This document shows, in pieces, positions 1 to 13,565 of a stretch of DNA of 64,000 bases; the first letter of the stretch is position 1; the number at the start of each line of letters is the position of its first letter. The position numbers and the translations under genes are program-made. The notes under the pieces were generated by a model, which searched no databases, was not told where the DNA came from, and saw only the letters and a list, made by a program, of their open reading frames with translations. Source of the DNA: the human T2T-CHM13v2.0 reference genome, Homo sapiens; the NCBI RefSeq assembly GCF_009914755.1, contig NC_060939.1. One strand, written 5' to 3'.

Positions 1-728
1 TAAAAAGCTCAATGTCAGTGATCACTAGAGAAATGCAAATAAAAACTACAGTGAGATACTGTCTCACACTAGTCAGAATGGCTCTGAGTCAAAAAATAAT
101 GGTGGTGAGTTTGCAGAGAAAAGTGGTTACTTATACACTGTTGGTGGGAGTATAAACTAGTTCAACCATTGTGGAAAGCAGTATGGTGATTTCTCAATGA
201 GCTAAAAACAGAACTACTATTTGACCCGGTAATCCCATTGCATTATAGATCATTCTATTATAAAGTCACATGAACTTGTGTATTCACTGTAGCACTATTC
301 ACAATACAAAGAACATGGAATCAACCTAAGTACCCCTCAATGGTAGTTTGGATTTAAAAAATGTGGTACGTATACCCCATGGAATACTATGCAGCCATAA
401 GACCATGTCCTTTGCAGGAACATGGATGGAGGTCATTACCCTTAGCAAACTAATGCAGGAACAGAAAATCAAGTACCACATGTTCTCACTTGTAAGTGGG
501 AGCTAAATGATGAGAACACGTGGACACATAGAGGGGAACAACAGACACCGGGGACCTACCTGAAGGTGGAGGGTGGGAGGGGAGAAGACCAAGAAAAACA
601 ATTACTGGGTACTAGGCTTAGTACCTGGGTGATGAAATAATCTGTACAACAAACTCCATGATATGAGTTTCCCTTTATAACAAACCTGCACATGTATCCC
701 TGAACCTAAAATAAAAGTTAAAAATAAA
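1..728 (+). mobile_element. LINE-1 3' end (old L1PA-type), end of ORF2 plus 3' UTR and A-rich tail
   Basis: Typical L1 motifs (aaatgcaaat..aaaactacagtgagatac, tgttctcacttgtaagtgggagct, aacctgcacatgtatccctgaacctaaaataaaagtt). Confidence 0.9.
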
Positions 729-937
729 AGACTTCCCATAAAGCTACAATTATCAAAAGGGTGTGGTATTGGTGAAAGAATTCATAAATGTATATAGGGA
801 ACAGAACAATGACCTGAGAAACAGACTCACACAAGTGGAGTCAACAGATCTTTGATGAAATAGCAAAGGCCATTCAATGCACGAAGGATAGAATTTTTAA
901 CAAATGGTGCTGAAACAATTGCACATCCACATGCAAA

Positions 938-1035
938 GATATGTGTATATATATATATGCCTCATATATATATGTGCTTCATATATATATGCGCCTCATA
1001 TATACATATGCCTCATAGATATAGATATAGATATG
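938..1035. repeat. (TA)n/(TAGA)n-type microsatellite
   Basis: Runs of atatatat and agatatagat. Confidence 0.85.
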
Positions 1036-1425
1036 GAGAGAGAGGGGGAGGGATCTCATACCTTCATAAAAATTCATAAAAGTTAACTAAAAATGGATCA
1101 TACACCTAAATGTAAAATGCAAAAACATTTAGAAGATAATGTAGGAGAAAACCTAGGCAACCTCAGGTTTGGTGTTGACTTTTTAGATACAACACAAAAA
1201 GCACTATTAATGACAAAAAATTGGTAAGTCAAACTTCATTAAAATTAAAAACTTCTGCCCCATGAAAGACGTTGTTCAGAGGATGAAAAGACAAGCCACA
1301 GACTGGCAGAAAATCTTTGCAAAACACATGTGTTAAAGTACTGATTTCCAAACTATTAAACAAACAAAAAAACCCTTAAACTCAACAACAGAAAAACAAA
1401 TGTCCCAATTAAAAATTGGACAAAA

Positions 1426-2973
1426 CCAAAGTAATTTATAGATTCAATGCTATTCCCATTAAACTACCATTGACATTCTTCACAGAATTAGACATTCACA
1501 AGCAAAAAGACCGAAGCTGGAGGCATCATGCTACCCAACTTCAAACTATACTACAAGGTTACAGTAAGCAAAACAGCATGGCACTTGTACAAAAACAGAC
1601 ACATAGACCACTGGAACAGAATAGAGAGCTCAGAAATAAGACTGCACACCTACAACCATCTGATCTTTGACAAGCTTGACAGAACAAGCAATGGAGAAAG
1701 GGTCTTCTATTTAATAAATGGTATTGGGAGAACTGGCTAGCCATATGCAGAGAATTGAAACTGGACCCCTTACTTACACCTTGTACAAAAATTAACTGAA
1801 GGTGGATTAAATACTTAAATGTAAAACCCAAAACTATAAAAGTCCTAGGAGGAAATCTAGGCAATACCATTCAAGACATAGGCATGGGCAAAGATTTCAT
1901 AATGAAAATGTCAAAAGCAATTGCAAAAAAAATAAGCAAAAATTGACAAATGGGATTTAATTAAACTAAAGAGCTTCTGCACAGCAAAAGAAACTATCAT
2001 CAGAGTGAACAGACAACCTACAGAATGGGAGAAAACTTTTGCAATCTATCCATCTGACACAGGTCTAATATCCAGAATCTACAAGGAGCTTAAACAAATT
2101 TACAGGAAAAAAACAAATGACACCATTAAAAAGTGGGCAAAGGACATGAACAGACACTTCTCAAAAGAAGACATTTATGTGGCCAACAAACATATGAAAA
2201 AAAGCTCAACATCACTGAGCATTAGAGAAATGTAAATTAAAACCACAATGAGATACCATCTCATGCCAGGCAGAATGGCAATTATTAAAAAGTCAAAGTC
2301 AAGAAACAACAGATGTTGGTGAGGCTGTGGAGAGATAGGAACACTTTTACACTGTTAATAGGAATGTAAATTAGTTAAACCATTGTGGAAGACAGTGTGG
2401 CAATTCGTCAAAGACCTAGAACAAGAAATACCATTTGACCCAAGAATCCCATTACTGTGTATATACCCAAAGGAATATAAATTATTCTATTATAAAGATA
2501 CACTCACATGTATGTTCACTGCAGCACTATTCACAATAGCAAAGACAGAAGATCAACCCAAATGCCCATCAATTATAGACTGGATAAAGAAAATGTGATA
2601 CATATACACTGTGGAATACTATGCAGCCATAAAAAGAATGAGATCACATCCTTTGCAGGGACATAGATCAGCTAGAAGCCACTGTCCTCAGCAAACTAAT
2701 GCAGGAAAAGAAAAGCAAACACCGCATGTTCTCACTTGTAAGTGGGAGCTGAACAATGTGAACACATAGACACAGAGGGGAACAACACATACTGGGGCCT
2801 ATCTGGGGGAGGGGGTAGGAGGGACAGCAAGCTAATGGATGCTAAGCTTAATACCTAGTTGATGGGTTGATAGGTGCAGCAAACCACCATGGCTAACATT
2901 TACCTTTGTAACAAATGTGGACATCTTACACATGTATCCCAGAATTTAAAATAAAACAAAAATAAAAATAAAC
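1426..2973 (+). mobile_element. 5'-truncated L1PA element with target-site duplication
   Basis: ORF2 C-terminal peptides in the ORF track ([49 protein letters not shown]) and an A-rich tail. Flanked by aaaattggacaaaa (1412-1425) and aaaattgggcaaaa (2974-2987). Confidence 0.92.
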
Positions 2974-3272
2974 AAAATTGGGCAAAAGACCTGAATAGAC
3001 ACCTCACCAAAGAAGAAACATGGATGGCAAATAAGCATATGAAAAGATGCTCAACATCACATGTCCTCAGGGAATTACAAATAAAACATAAATGCTATGC
3101 CCCTACACACCTATTAGATTGGCTACATTGAAAACACTGACAATACCAAATGCTGACTGAGCCATAGAGCAACAGAAACTCTCATTCATTGCTGGCTGGG
3201 AGGCAAAGTAGTCCAGCCACTTTGAAAGACAGTTTGGCAGTTTCTTATAAAACTAAAGATACTCTTACCATT

Positions 3273-3623
3273 TGATATGGTTTTGCTGTGTCCCCACCCA
3301 AATCTCATCTTGAATTGTAATAATCCCCATGTACCATGGGTTGTGCCAAGTGGAGATAATTGAATCATGGGGGTGGTTTCCCCCATACTATTCTTGTGGT
3401 GAGTAAGTCTCATGAGATCTGATGATTTTATAAATGGGAGTTTCCCTGCACAAGCTGTCTTGCCTGCTGCCATGTAAGACATGACTTTGCTCCTTATTCG
3501 CCTTTTGCCTTGATTATGAGCCCTACCTAGCCATGTGGAACTGAGTCAATGAAATCTCTTTCCTTTATAAATGACCTGGTCTCAGGCATGTCTTTATTAG
3601 CAGCATGAAAACAGACTAATAAA
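3273..3623 (+). mobile_element. THE1 (MaLR) solo LTR
   Basis: Starts tgatatggttttgctgtgtccccacccaaatctcatcttgaattgt and ends acagactaataaa. Perfect 5-bp TSD CCATT (3268-3272, 3624-3628). Confidence 0.93.
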
Positions 3624-4221
3624 CCATTTAATCCACAATCATGCTTCTTGGTATTTATTAATTTGAGTTGAAAATGTATGTCCACACAAAAATCTGCACA
3701 CGAAAGTTTATAGTAGCTTTATCCATAATTGTCAAAACTTGAAAGCAGCCAAGATATCCTTCAATAATTGAGGGTCTAAACAAACTGTGGCACATTCATA
3801 TTATTAAAGATTACTCAGAGATAAAAAGGGATAAGCTATAAAGTCACAGAAATTCATGGAATGTTCTTAAATGCATACTGCTCAGCACAAGAACCCAGTC
3901 TTGGCAGGGTACGTGCTGTAGGGTTTCAACTATATGACATTCTGGAAAGGCAAAATGATGGAGACAGGAAGAAGAGATTAATGGTTCTTAAAGCTTCAGG
4001 GGGAGGGAAGGAGGGTTGAATAGATTAAGAACAGGAGGTGTTTAGGGCAGTGAAACTACTCTGTATGATACTATAATACACACAGAATATGTTACTATTA
4101 TACTATACTTGTTCTCAAGTACAGATATGTCATTGCACATTTTTCAAATGCTGTAGAATTTACAACACAAAGTGTGAACCCTAATGTTAATAGTGAATAA
4201 TAAAAAACATCAATATTTTGG

Positions 4222-4480
4222 GTATACTTGTCCTGGTTCTCAGAAAAGGGACACTCCCACAAGTGGGCACGTTAATAACCTCAATAACAATGAAGCTATT
4301 GTTGCTTGGTCACTTTGGGTTTCTCATGCCAGTAAACTTGATGGCTAAAACTGGAGTTGCCATATGGTCAGGGGAGTTGACCCACGTCATTATGAGGAGG
4401 AAGGTTACAGACAGGAATATATTTGATTTTCAGATATCCATTGGAGCATTTCTTGATGCTCACATGTGGATGAGTAAATA
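4222..4480 (+). mobile_element. ERV-L internal fragment (dUTPase-like relic)
   Basis: ORF 4218-4481 (LVLRKGTLPQVGT...KLLLLGHFGFLMPVNLMAKTGVAIWSGEL) resembles the recalled ERV-L dUTPase segment (LVPKGGMLPPGDT...LPPGHFGLLMP...KKGVTVLAGVID). Confidence 0.65.
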
Positions 4481-5876
4481 AAATTATATATATGCAAAAA
4501 TGATAAACTAGAATTATGTTTAATAATAAATTATGAATTCTACCAATAATATTTAACAACTACTATAGTTTATATTACAGTACTGAGACTGGGTATATGA
4601 AAGGAAGGAAGGAAGGAAAGAAAATAGGAAGGAAGGAGCGGTTATATTTTTACATAGAAAAGCTTTGAACATTAAAAAATAATGGGCCCAGAGAAGAATG
4701 AACTTTGGCTGGAATGTTAGCTGATTTGGTTTGGAGGTTGGGAGTGGTTGGTATCTAGAGAAGTCTTAACTGTGAAATTGTAGTGTAGCTGAATCTTTAA
4801 AGATTAAAGGAAAGTATTACATGATTAGTTTTCTTTAAATATATGACTTCTAAACAGTTACTGCAAGATTTTGTTGTCAGTTTGTTTCTTTCTAAGAGAA
4901 TATCAGTTGGAGAATATGATTTTATATGCACAAAATAATTACATGGGCATTTTTTTTTTTTTTCCAGTCATTGTGGAGCAATGTGAGAGCATGGTGATAA
5001 AGGTAAGGAACATGTTTTCTTTTTTTAACTCCTCTTCTGAGTAGCTGTGTGATCTTGGACAAGCCTAAACTTCGTGGGCTACCTTTCGAAACATGGCAGA
5101 TGAGGACGTCTGAAGCTCCTTCCCATGCTAAATCACTTGATTTCAAACTTGCATACACTTAGTCCTAGAATCAGATGCCCTGATAGAATTCAACAAAACT
5201 TTCATTTAAAATTATAGCAAAATTACACAAGTTAAGGTGATACTATTTCATCATTATATTCTTTTAGTCTCTCTCTATGTATTCCTTAACATAATTTAGA
5301 CAAGCATTTCAACAACAAAATACACAAAATAAGTTATAGACTTATATTACAATCACTACTAATACTCATAGCATTAGTAAGAAGTGAAAACCTTTCATTG
5401 ATAAAATGCAGGCATCATGGACGTACCTGGTTTCATAAATGGCATAAAATGTTCTGTGTTCTTTGACTGCGTTCCTGAAAAAAAAAAAAACACAAAGAAG
5501 GATAAAAGGTAATCTTCATGATTATTGCTAAGGTCTAAAAGTCCTTTAATAAGCATGTTCCCAAACTCTGTCTATTTAAGATATCTTGACTAGCATTTTG
5601 TGAAAATCAAGAAATAATATTTAAAGAAATGTACACACATTTTTAAAAAGTAATACACATCGTATTAGATAAGCTTAGGCCCTGGTTTCTGCTCCAATAG
5701 TAGCTAACGTGGTTACTGAACCACTGTTTAAATTTTAGTGAAGGAGACAGAAAACAAACAATAAAGATAATTTCCAATTGTGGTATATCCAGTAACAAAA
5801 TTAAAATAAAATATTATAATAGAAAATCATGTGAGAGAAGCCATATTAAATAGGATGCAAAAAAATAAGTTTCATT

Positions 5877-6352
<476 letters not shown>

Positions 6353-8159
6353 AAAATTTCCATAGAGAACAAATTTTTAGTTGGAACCCGAGGCATGGAA
6401 GAAGTTAACCATGAGATCTGTGGGAAAACAGAGGCAATACAAAGTTCAAAGTTCCTAAGGTATAAATGCATCAAGTATGTTTTGAGAAAAAAATCATCAA
6501 CATCTTCACCCTTCACCATCATCATACAATGGTGAATGATGATTCACCCTTAACATTTTTAGAATTACTATAAATCCACAGTAAACCAACCTAGACAGTA
6601 TGGTATTGGTGAAAGGGCGAGACATATAGGTCAATTGAATAAAACAGTGACTCCAGAAATACAGTAAATCATTCTTGACAAAGAACAAGCTTTTCAGCAA
6701 AAGGTGTTGGAACAATTGGATATTCATATGCAGAATTAAACCTTATTGTTAATGGTAACAATAGAAATCATAATTATGTATTGATTACTATGTACAAGGC
6801 ACTGTATTTCTTATGCTGAAAGAGTCGTTTAAAATAAGAAAACTAAGGCAAGTAAACAAGTGAAAGACAAATCCATAACTGAAGGCAGAAAAACTATAAC
6901 TGATAGTAAAAAAAAAAAAAAAAAAAAAAGTGCCATTGTTGTGGAAGGACACATCAATGTGTCCTGAGGCCTGGCCTTTAACCTTCCTCCGACACCTGTC
7001 ACCAGGCAGGTCAGCTGCTGCCTCACACAGAATTACTGGACATCTAAAAAGTACTTCTAGAATTAAAAAGGAAAAACCAGATAACATTTTTGACATGAAG
7101 TGAAATTACTGACAAAGATGGAGCAATAAAGTAAAAGAGGCAAAATAAATATATCAAAGACACAAGAGAATATTAGTAGCATGGGATGAAATGACATAAA
7201 AAAGAATATGACAAAGTATCAGTTATAAAATATGAAACTGTTTTAAGAAAGAACATGTGGAGAGGAATAAATAGAATGTAAATGACTGAAGAACAAGTGA
7301 GTGGCCTGGAAGATCATACTGGAGTCTCAAAAGCAGCACCGAAGAATCAGGAGTTAGGAATAGCAAAGAGAGAGAAAATATGTAAGTGACAACATCTGGA
7401 AAATAGGAAATAACAGAAGTGCAAAAAAAGAAAACTCCCCAGGAAATAAGTTCTGTGATAAAATTAGAACAAATTTCCCAGAATTCAACAAGAACTATTT
7501 TAGATTAAATGAGTCTGTACAACACAGAAAATATATGGGCTAATATACCAAAAAAAAAAAAAAAAAAAGTTTAAAGGGACCTATAAAGGTTTCTATACTG
7601 CACTTAAGCAGGTACAATTTTTATTCTAAATAGACTTTTAAAGATTCAGTATATATATTGTAATCCCTAGAGCAACCACAAAAATAACTATACAAAGAGT
7701 TGTATTTAAAATTAAAACATCACTTAAAATGAAAACTTGAGCCAATCTGAACACTACACCTGGGATAGAGACATTAAATGATCTGGTAACATATGCATTA
7801 TTTAGGCCACAAAGGAAAATCTTCCACCAATTCCAACGAACCAGTGTCATACAGACTGTTTTTTAAATGTAATACAATATATTCCTGCTAAAATTTTACA
7901 TATTTTGGAAAAATGATTCTTAGATTTAAAATAATTTTGAGGATTATAAATACTTAGAAATGGATGGCAATGAATACACTACAGGCCAAAATTTCATTTA
8001 ACTAAGAACTGCAAGCAGAATTCACATTAGAAAATCTGTCAGTGGAACATACCATGTTGGAATGCAGGAAAAAAAATACGCTTATCTGAACAGATTCAAA
8101 GAAAGATTCTGAAAAGTTCAAAATTTTTTTATGATATTAAAAACTTACTCAACTATTGC

Positions 8160-10185
8160 AAAAGCTAAAGACACCGCAAAACAACTATTAGAACAGATAA
8201 ACTAATTCAGTAAAGTTGCAGGATACAAAATCCACAGGCAAAAATCAGTAGCTTTCCTAATGCCAACAGTAAAAAATCTGAAAAGAAATTTAAAAAGTAA
8301 TCTCATTTACAATAGCCACAAATAAAATTAAATACCTAGGAATTAACTTAACCAAAGAAGTGAAAAAAAAAAACTACAATGAAAACCATAAAATACCAAG
8401 GAAATAAATTAAAGAAGACAACAGAAAATGGAAAATATTTCATGCTCATGGATTGAAAGAATCAATATTTTTTAAATGGCCATACTACCCAAAGCAATTG
8501 CAAAGATTCAGTGCAATTCTTATTAAAATATCAATGACATTCTTCACAGAAATAGAAAAACAAACCTAAAATTAAATGAAATCACAAAACACCCAGAATA
8601 GCCAAGCTATCCTAAGCAAAAAGAACAAAACTAGAGGAATCACATTACCTGACTCCAAATTATATTACAGAGTCATAGTAACCAAAATAGCATGGTACTG
8701 GCATAAAAACAGACAAACAGACCAATGGAATAGGATAGAGAACCCGGAAATAAATCCACACACCTATAGTGAACTCATTTGCACCAAAGGCGCCTAGAGC
8801 ATACACTGGGGAAAAGACAGTCTCTTCAATAATTGGTGCTGGGAAAACTGGATATCCCTATGCAGAAGAATAAAACTGGAAAACTATCTTTCACCACATA
8901 CAAAAATCAAATCAAAATGGAGTGAAGACTTCAGTCTAAGACCTCAAACTGTGAAACTACTACAAAAAAATTGGGGGAAAATCTCCAGGACATTGGTCTG
9001 GGCAAAAGTTTCTTGAGCAATACCCCACAAGCACAGGTAACCCAAGCAAAAATGGACAAATGGATCACATTAAGTTAAAAAGCCTCTGCACAGCAAAGAA
9101 CACAGACAGCAAAGTGAAGAGACAACCCACAGAATGGGAGAAAATATTTGCAAACTACCCATCTGACAAGAGATTAATAACCGGAACATACAGGAAGGTC
9201 AAACAACTCCATAGGAAAAAAAAAAAAAGAACAACAACTAATAATCCAATCAAAAAATGGGCAAAAGATTTGAATAGGCATTTCCCAAAAGAAGACATAC
9301 AAATGGGAAACAGGTATATGAAAAGGTGCTCCCCATCACTAGTCATTAGAGAAATGCAAATCAAAACTACAATGAGATATCATCTCACCCCAGTTAAAAT
9401 GGCTTATACCCAAAAGACAGTCAATAACAAATGCTGGCAAGGATGTGGAGAAAAGGGAACCCTTGTGCATTGTTGAAGGGAATATAAATTAGTTAAACCA
9501 CTATGGAGAACAGTTTTGAGCTTCCTCAAAAAACTAAAAATAGAGCTGCCATATGATCCAGCAATCCCACTGCTGGGTATATTCCCAAAAGAAAAGAAAT
9601 GAGTATACGGAAGAGATATCTGCACTCCCGTGTTTGTTACAGCTCTGTTCACAATAGCTATGGTTTGGAAGTAACCTAAGTGTCTATCAACAGATCAATG
9701 AATAAAGAAAATGTGGCATATATACACAATGGAATACTGTACAGCCTGCTGTATATAAAGAAATGTGGCATGAAATAAGCCAGGCACAGAAAGACAAACA
9801 TCACATGTTCTCAATTACTTGTGGGATCTAAACATCAAAACAGTTGAACTCGTGGACATAGAGTAGATGGTTACCAAAAGCTGGGAAGGGGAGTGGGGAG
9901 TTGGGGGGGAGGTAAAAATGGTTAGTGGGTACACAAAATAGAAAGAATGAACAAGACCTGCTATTTGATAGCACAACCAGGTGACTATAGTCAATAATAA
10001 CTTAATTGTACATCTTAAAATAACTAAAATAATGTAATTGGATTGTTTGTAACACAAAGGATAAATGCTTGAGGGGATGGATACCCCATTCCCCATGATG
10101 TGGTTATTTCACATTGCATGTCTGTATCAAAACATCTCATGCACTTACTATGTACCCACAAAAATTAAACATAAAAGAAGATTTA
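8160..10185 (+). mobile_element. 5'-truncated LINE-1 (L1MA1-3-like) inserted in an older L1
   Basis: ORF2 peptides ([21 protein letters not shown]; [30 protein letters not shown]) and an L1MA-type 3' UTR (ataaatgcttgaggggatggataccccatt...tactatgtacccacaaaaattaaa). Confidence 0.9.
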
Positions 10186-10859
10186 AAAAGTAACGCAGCG
10201 AATTAGAAATAGAAGGAAACTTCTTAATCTTGGAAGATGTTACATTCCAAAAATATATATAGCATATAAAATCTGTAGCATACACATGCTTAACAGAGAA
10301 CCTTTACATGCCCTCTCTTTAAGATCAGGATAAGGTGAAAATGCCCACTAGAGCCATGTTAATTTAATGTCATTTTGGAGATTCTAGATAATAATCTAGG
10401 AAAAGAATAGAATTATCAGGTGTCAGGATTAGAAAGGAACAGATAAATCTATTGTTATGTTAGATCACATGATAATTTGAATAGAAAAAAATAAGATAAT
10501 AAACAAATACATTATTAAAACAACAAGAGTTTGGCAAAATGTCAGATTTTGGTCAATTTCCAAAACCAAATATTTCTCTGCAAAAGTAAAACTACTAAAA
10601 AATATAATACTTTACAAAATATAAGACCATAATAAAAGTAAAATATAATTAAATATTGTTGCTGTTGCTCTGCAGAAAGAAGATGGACCCTCATCCAAAA
10701 TCTGGTTTGGCTGTTGCCACACTCAAACTGAGAGGGCGTGAAATGTTTATCACTCGCATAGCAGAGATCTTGGGGGACAGCGTGGCAGGCTCCCCAAACT
10801 GGACTTAAAGTGATTTGAGAGAGTGGGGAAAGGGAGGAGACTGGCTAGGTTGTTTTTGT

Positions 10860-11010
10860 TGATGTTGTTGTTGTTTTGCTTTGTTTTAATACCGACAGGG
10901 TCTCACTATGTTGCCCAGGCTAGGTTGGAACTCCTGGGCTCATGCAGTCCTCCTGCCTCAGCTGCTGAGTAGTTGGAACAACAGGTACACACCACTCACT
11001 GCACCTGGCT
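10860..11010 (-). mobile_element. Alu monomer (FLAM-like)
   Basis: Reverse-strand Alu arm (gggtctcactatgttgcccaggct...), inside a probable unclassified LTR-like segment at ~10660-11190. Confidence 0.75.
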
Positions 11011-11200
11011 TGGCTAGGGTTTTGTATTGCATATAGGGAGTGAGGCCGCCTGGGTGAGGAATTCCGTACATCAGTAGGTGGTTGCCTGGCTTGAAACCCC
11101 AACTGGTGCCAAAGGAGAGAGCACCAGGTTTTTTTCTAAGCTTGCCCAGAAATGAGGCTCAAGGCTAAGAAGAAGGAACGAGGCTTAAAAAGCTGTCTCA

Positions 11201-11578
<378 letters not shown>

Positions 11579-12111
11579 TCAACGTTAAAAGTAACTTTTT
11601 AAAGTGACTGACAGTTTTCTAAAACAAAAGATATTTCTTGCACATGGTTACGATGAGCTAAAAATAGAAACATGTTAGTTATTCCTAAATTAATCTATAG
11701 ATTCAAGTCATTTCCATCGAAATTCCCACTGGAGTTTTTGAGAAACTCAATACATTGATTCAAAAATTTATGAGATACAGAATGTTTTGAATAATTAACT
11801 CTTTAAAAAAAAGCAAAGAAGAATGATTAAGCATATCAGATACTGTGATATACCATAAAGTTATAAAAATAAGTTATAAAGTTATAAAAATAAGACCAGT
11901 AAGGTGCCGGCTCAACAAGAATCTGCAAGGCTAATGTGACACAATAGAGATCTCGATGACATATTTAAACTTAGGCTCATAAAATCTGGAAAAGTTAGTA
12001 CTAAAAACCAATGGCCAAAGGGACATTTTAGCTTAAGGTTTTGGAAAAACTGAGTCACTACATAAAGAAAAATATAAAAATACAATTTCATGATTGCCTT
12101 GAAGTTAGTCT

Positions 12112-12261
12112 GATATATATATATCAGACTATATATATGATATATGTTATATATACTATGATATATATAATGTATATATATAATATATAATATATTATAT
12201 TACATATTATATATTATATATTATATATTATATATTATATATATACTATGATATATATATA
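12112..12261. repeat. (TA)n / (TATAT)n AT-rich microsatellite
   Basis: About 150 bp of almost pure A/T alternation. Confidence 0.95.
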
Positions 12262-13344
12262 GTTAATTAAAACGTTAGAAAATTACCTTCCATAGGCCCT
12301 AGGTGTGGGCAATGTTATGGGTAGTTTATTTGCCATTATTCTAGGGCAATATGTGTTTGTTTCAAATAACGCAGTAAGTTGGAAAACTAATCAATTCACT
12401 TTTTCAAGACATTATACATAATAACACAGTGTAGTCTGAAAGAAACGAAGTAATACATAGATTTTGCTTTTAATAAACATATCTGAAGCATTTGGTTCCA
12501 GGTATCTTAAAAACTAAATGTGAAAGGAAAAAAATTGAATAGATGGCAATGTAGGAAAATACATTTGTAACCTAAAAGCAGGGATGGTCTTCATAACCTA
12601 AATGCCGAAAGCACAAATCACAAGGTATAATATTGCTATATTTGATATGTGATTATATCAAAAGAAAAAATTATGTTCCATATGGAATATGACACAGTTT
12701 ACTGACAGATCACAGATTGTGGGGAACTATTTGCCAAGTCTAATACCAAAAAGCATCCATACCCAGATTACACAAGGACTCCTCAAGTAAACAAGAAGAA
12801 ATGTAGGCACATCAGTTGAAATACTAAGCAAAGGATATGAACAGATAAAGTGATTCAGAAAAGAAGCCAGAAAGCAAAAGAGCATTTGGAGAGTTGTTCA
12901 AACATTATAGTAATTAAAGGAATGCAAATTAAAACAATAATCGGATATCATTTCACTCATAAGAGATTGGCAAAAACAGCTGGGTAATGCAGTGTTAGTA
13001 AAATTCTGTGGATAGAGGAAACCTAATCTGCAGCCAATAAGAATACAGACAGGTGCAGCCATTCTGCAGAGAACCTGGGGGCCCTGGTCCAGTTAAATAT
13101 GCCCAGATGTGGTGACCATCAGTCCCGCTGCTGTGACCATATAGAGAACAGTTCTCACACAGTTTGATGATGGGATGTGTACAATTATGTTCATCAGAAC
13201 ATTGTCTTTGGGAGTGGTGGTTAGAGGCAATCAAGTTGTCCATAACTTGGGGAAATTTAAGACATAATGGATTCATACGGAAAATATTACGCAAAAATAA
13301 TAGGTCACAAAATAGTTGTAAGCACTGAAATAGAAGATAAATTT

Positions 13345-13565
<221 letters not shown>

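Larger units (their letters stand above)
729..4215 (+). mobile_element. Older LINE-1 (L1M-class) ORF2/3' fragments, interrupted by a younger L1 and a THE1 LTR
   Basis: Degenerate L1 ORF2/3' UTR sequence at 729-1425, 2974-3272 and 3624-4215 that reads colinearly once the insertions are removed. Confidence 0.75.
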
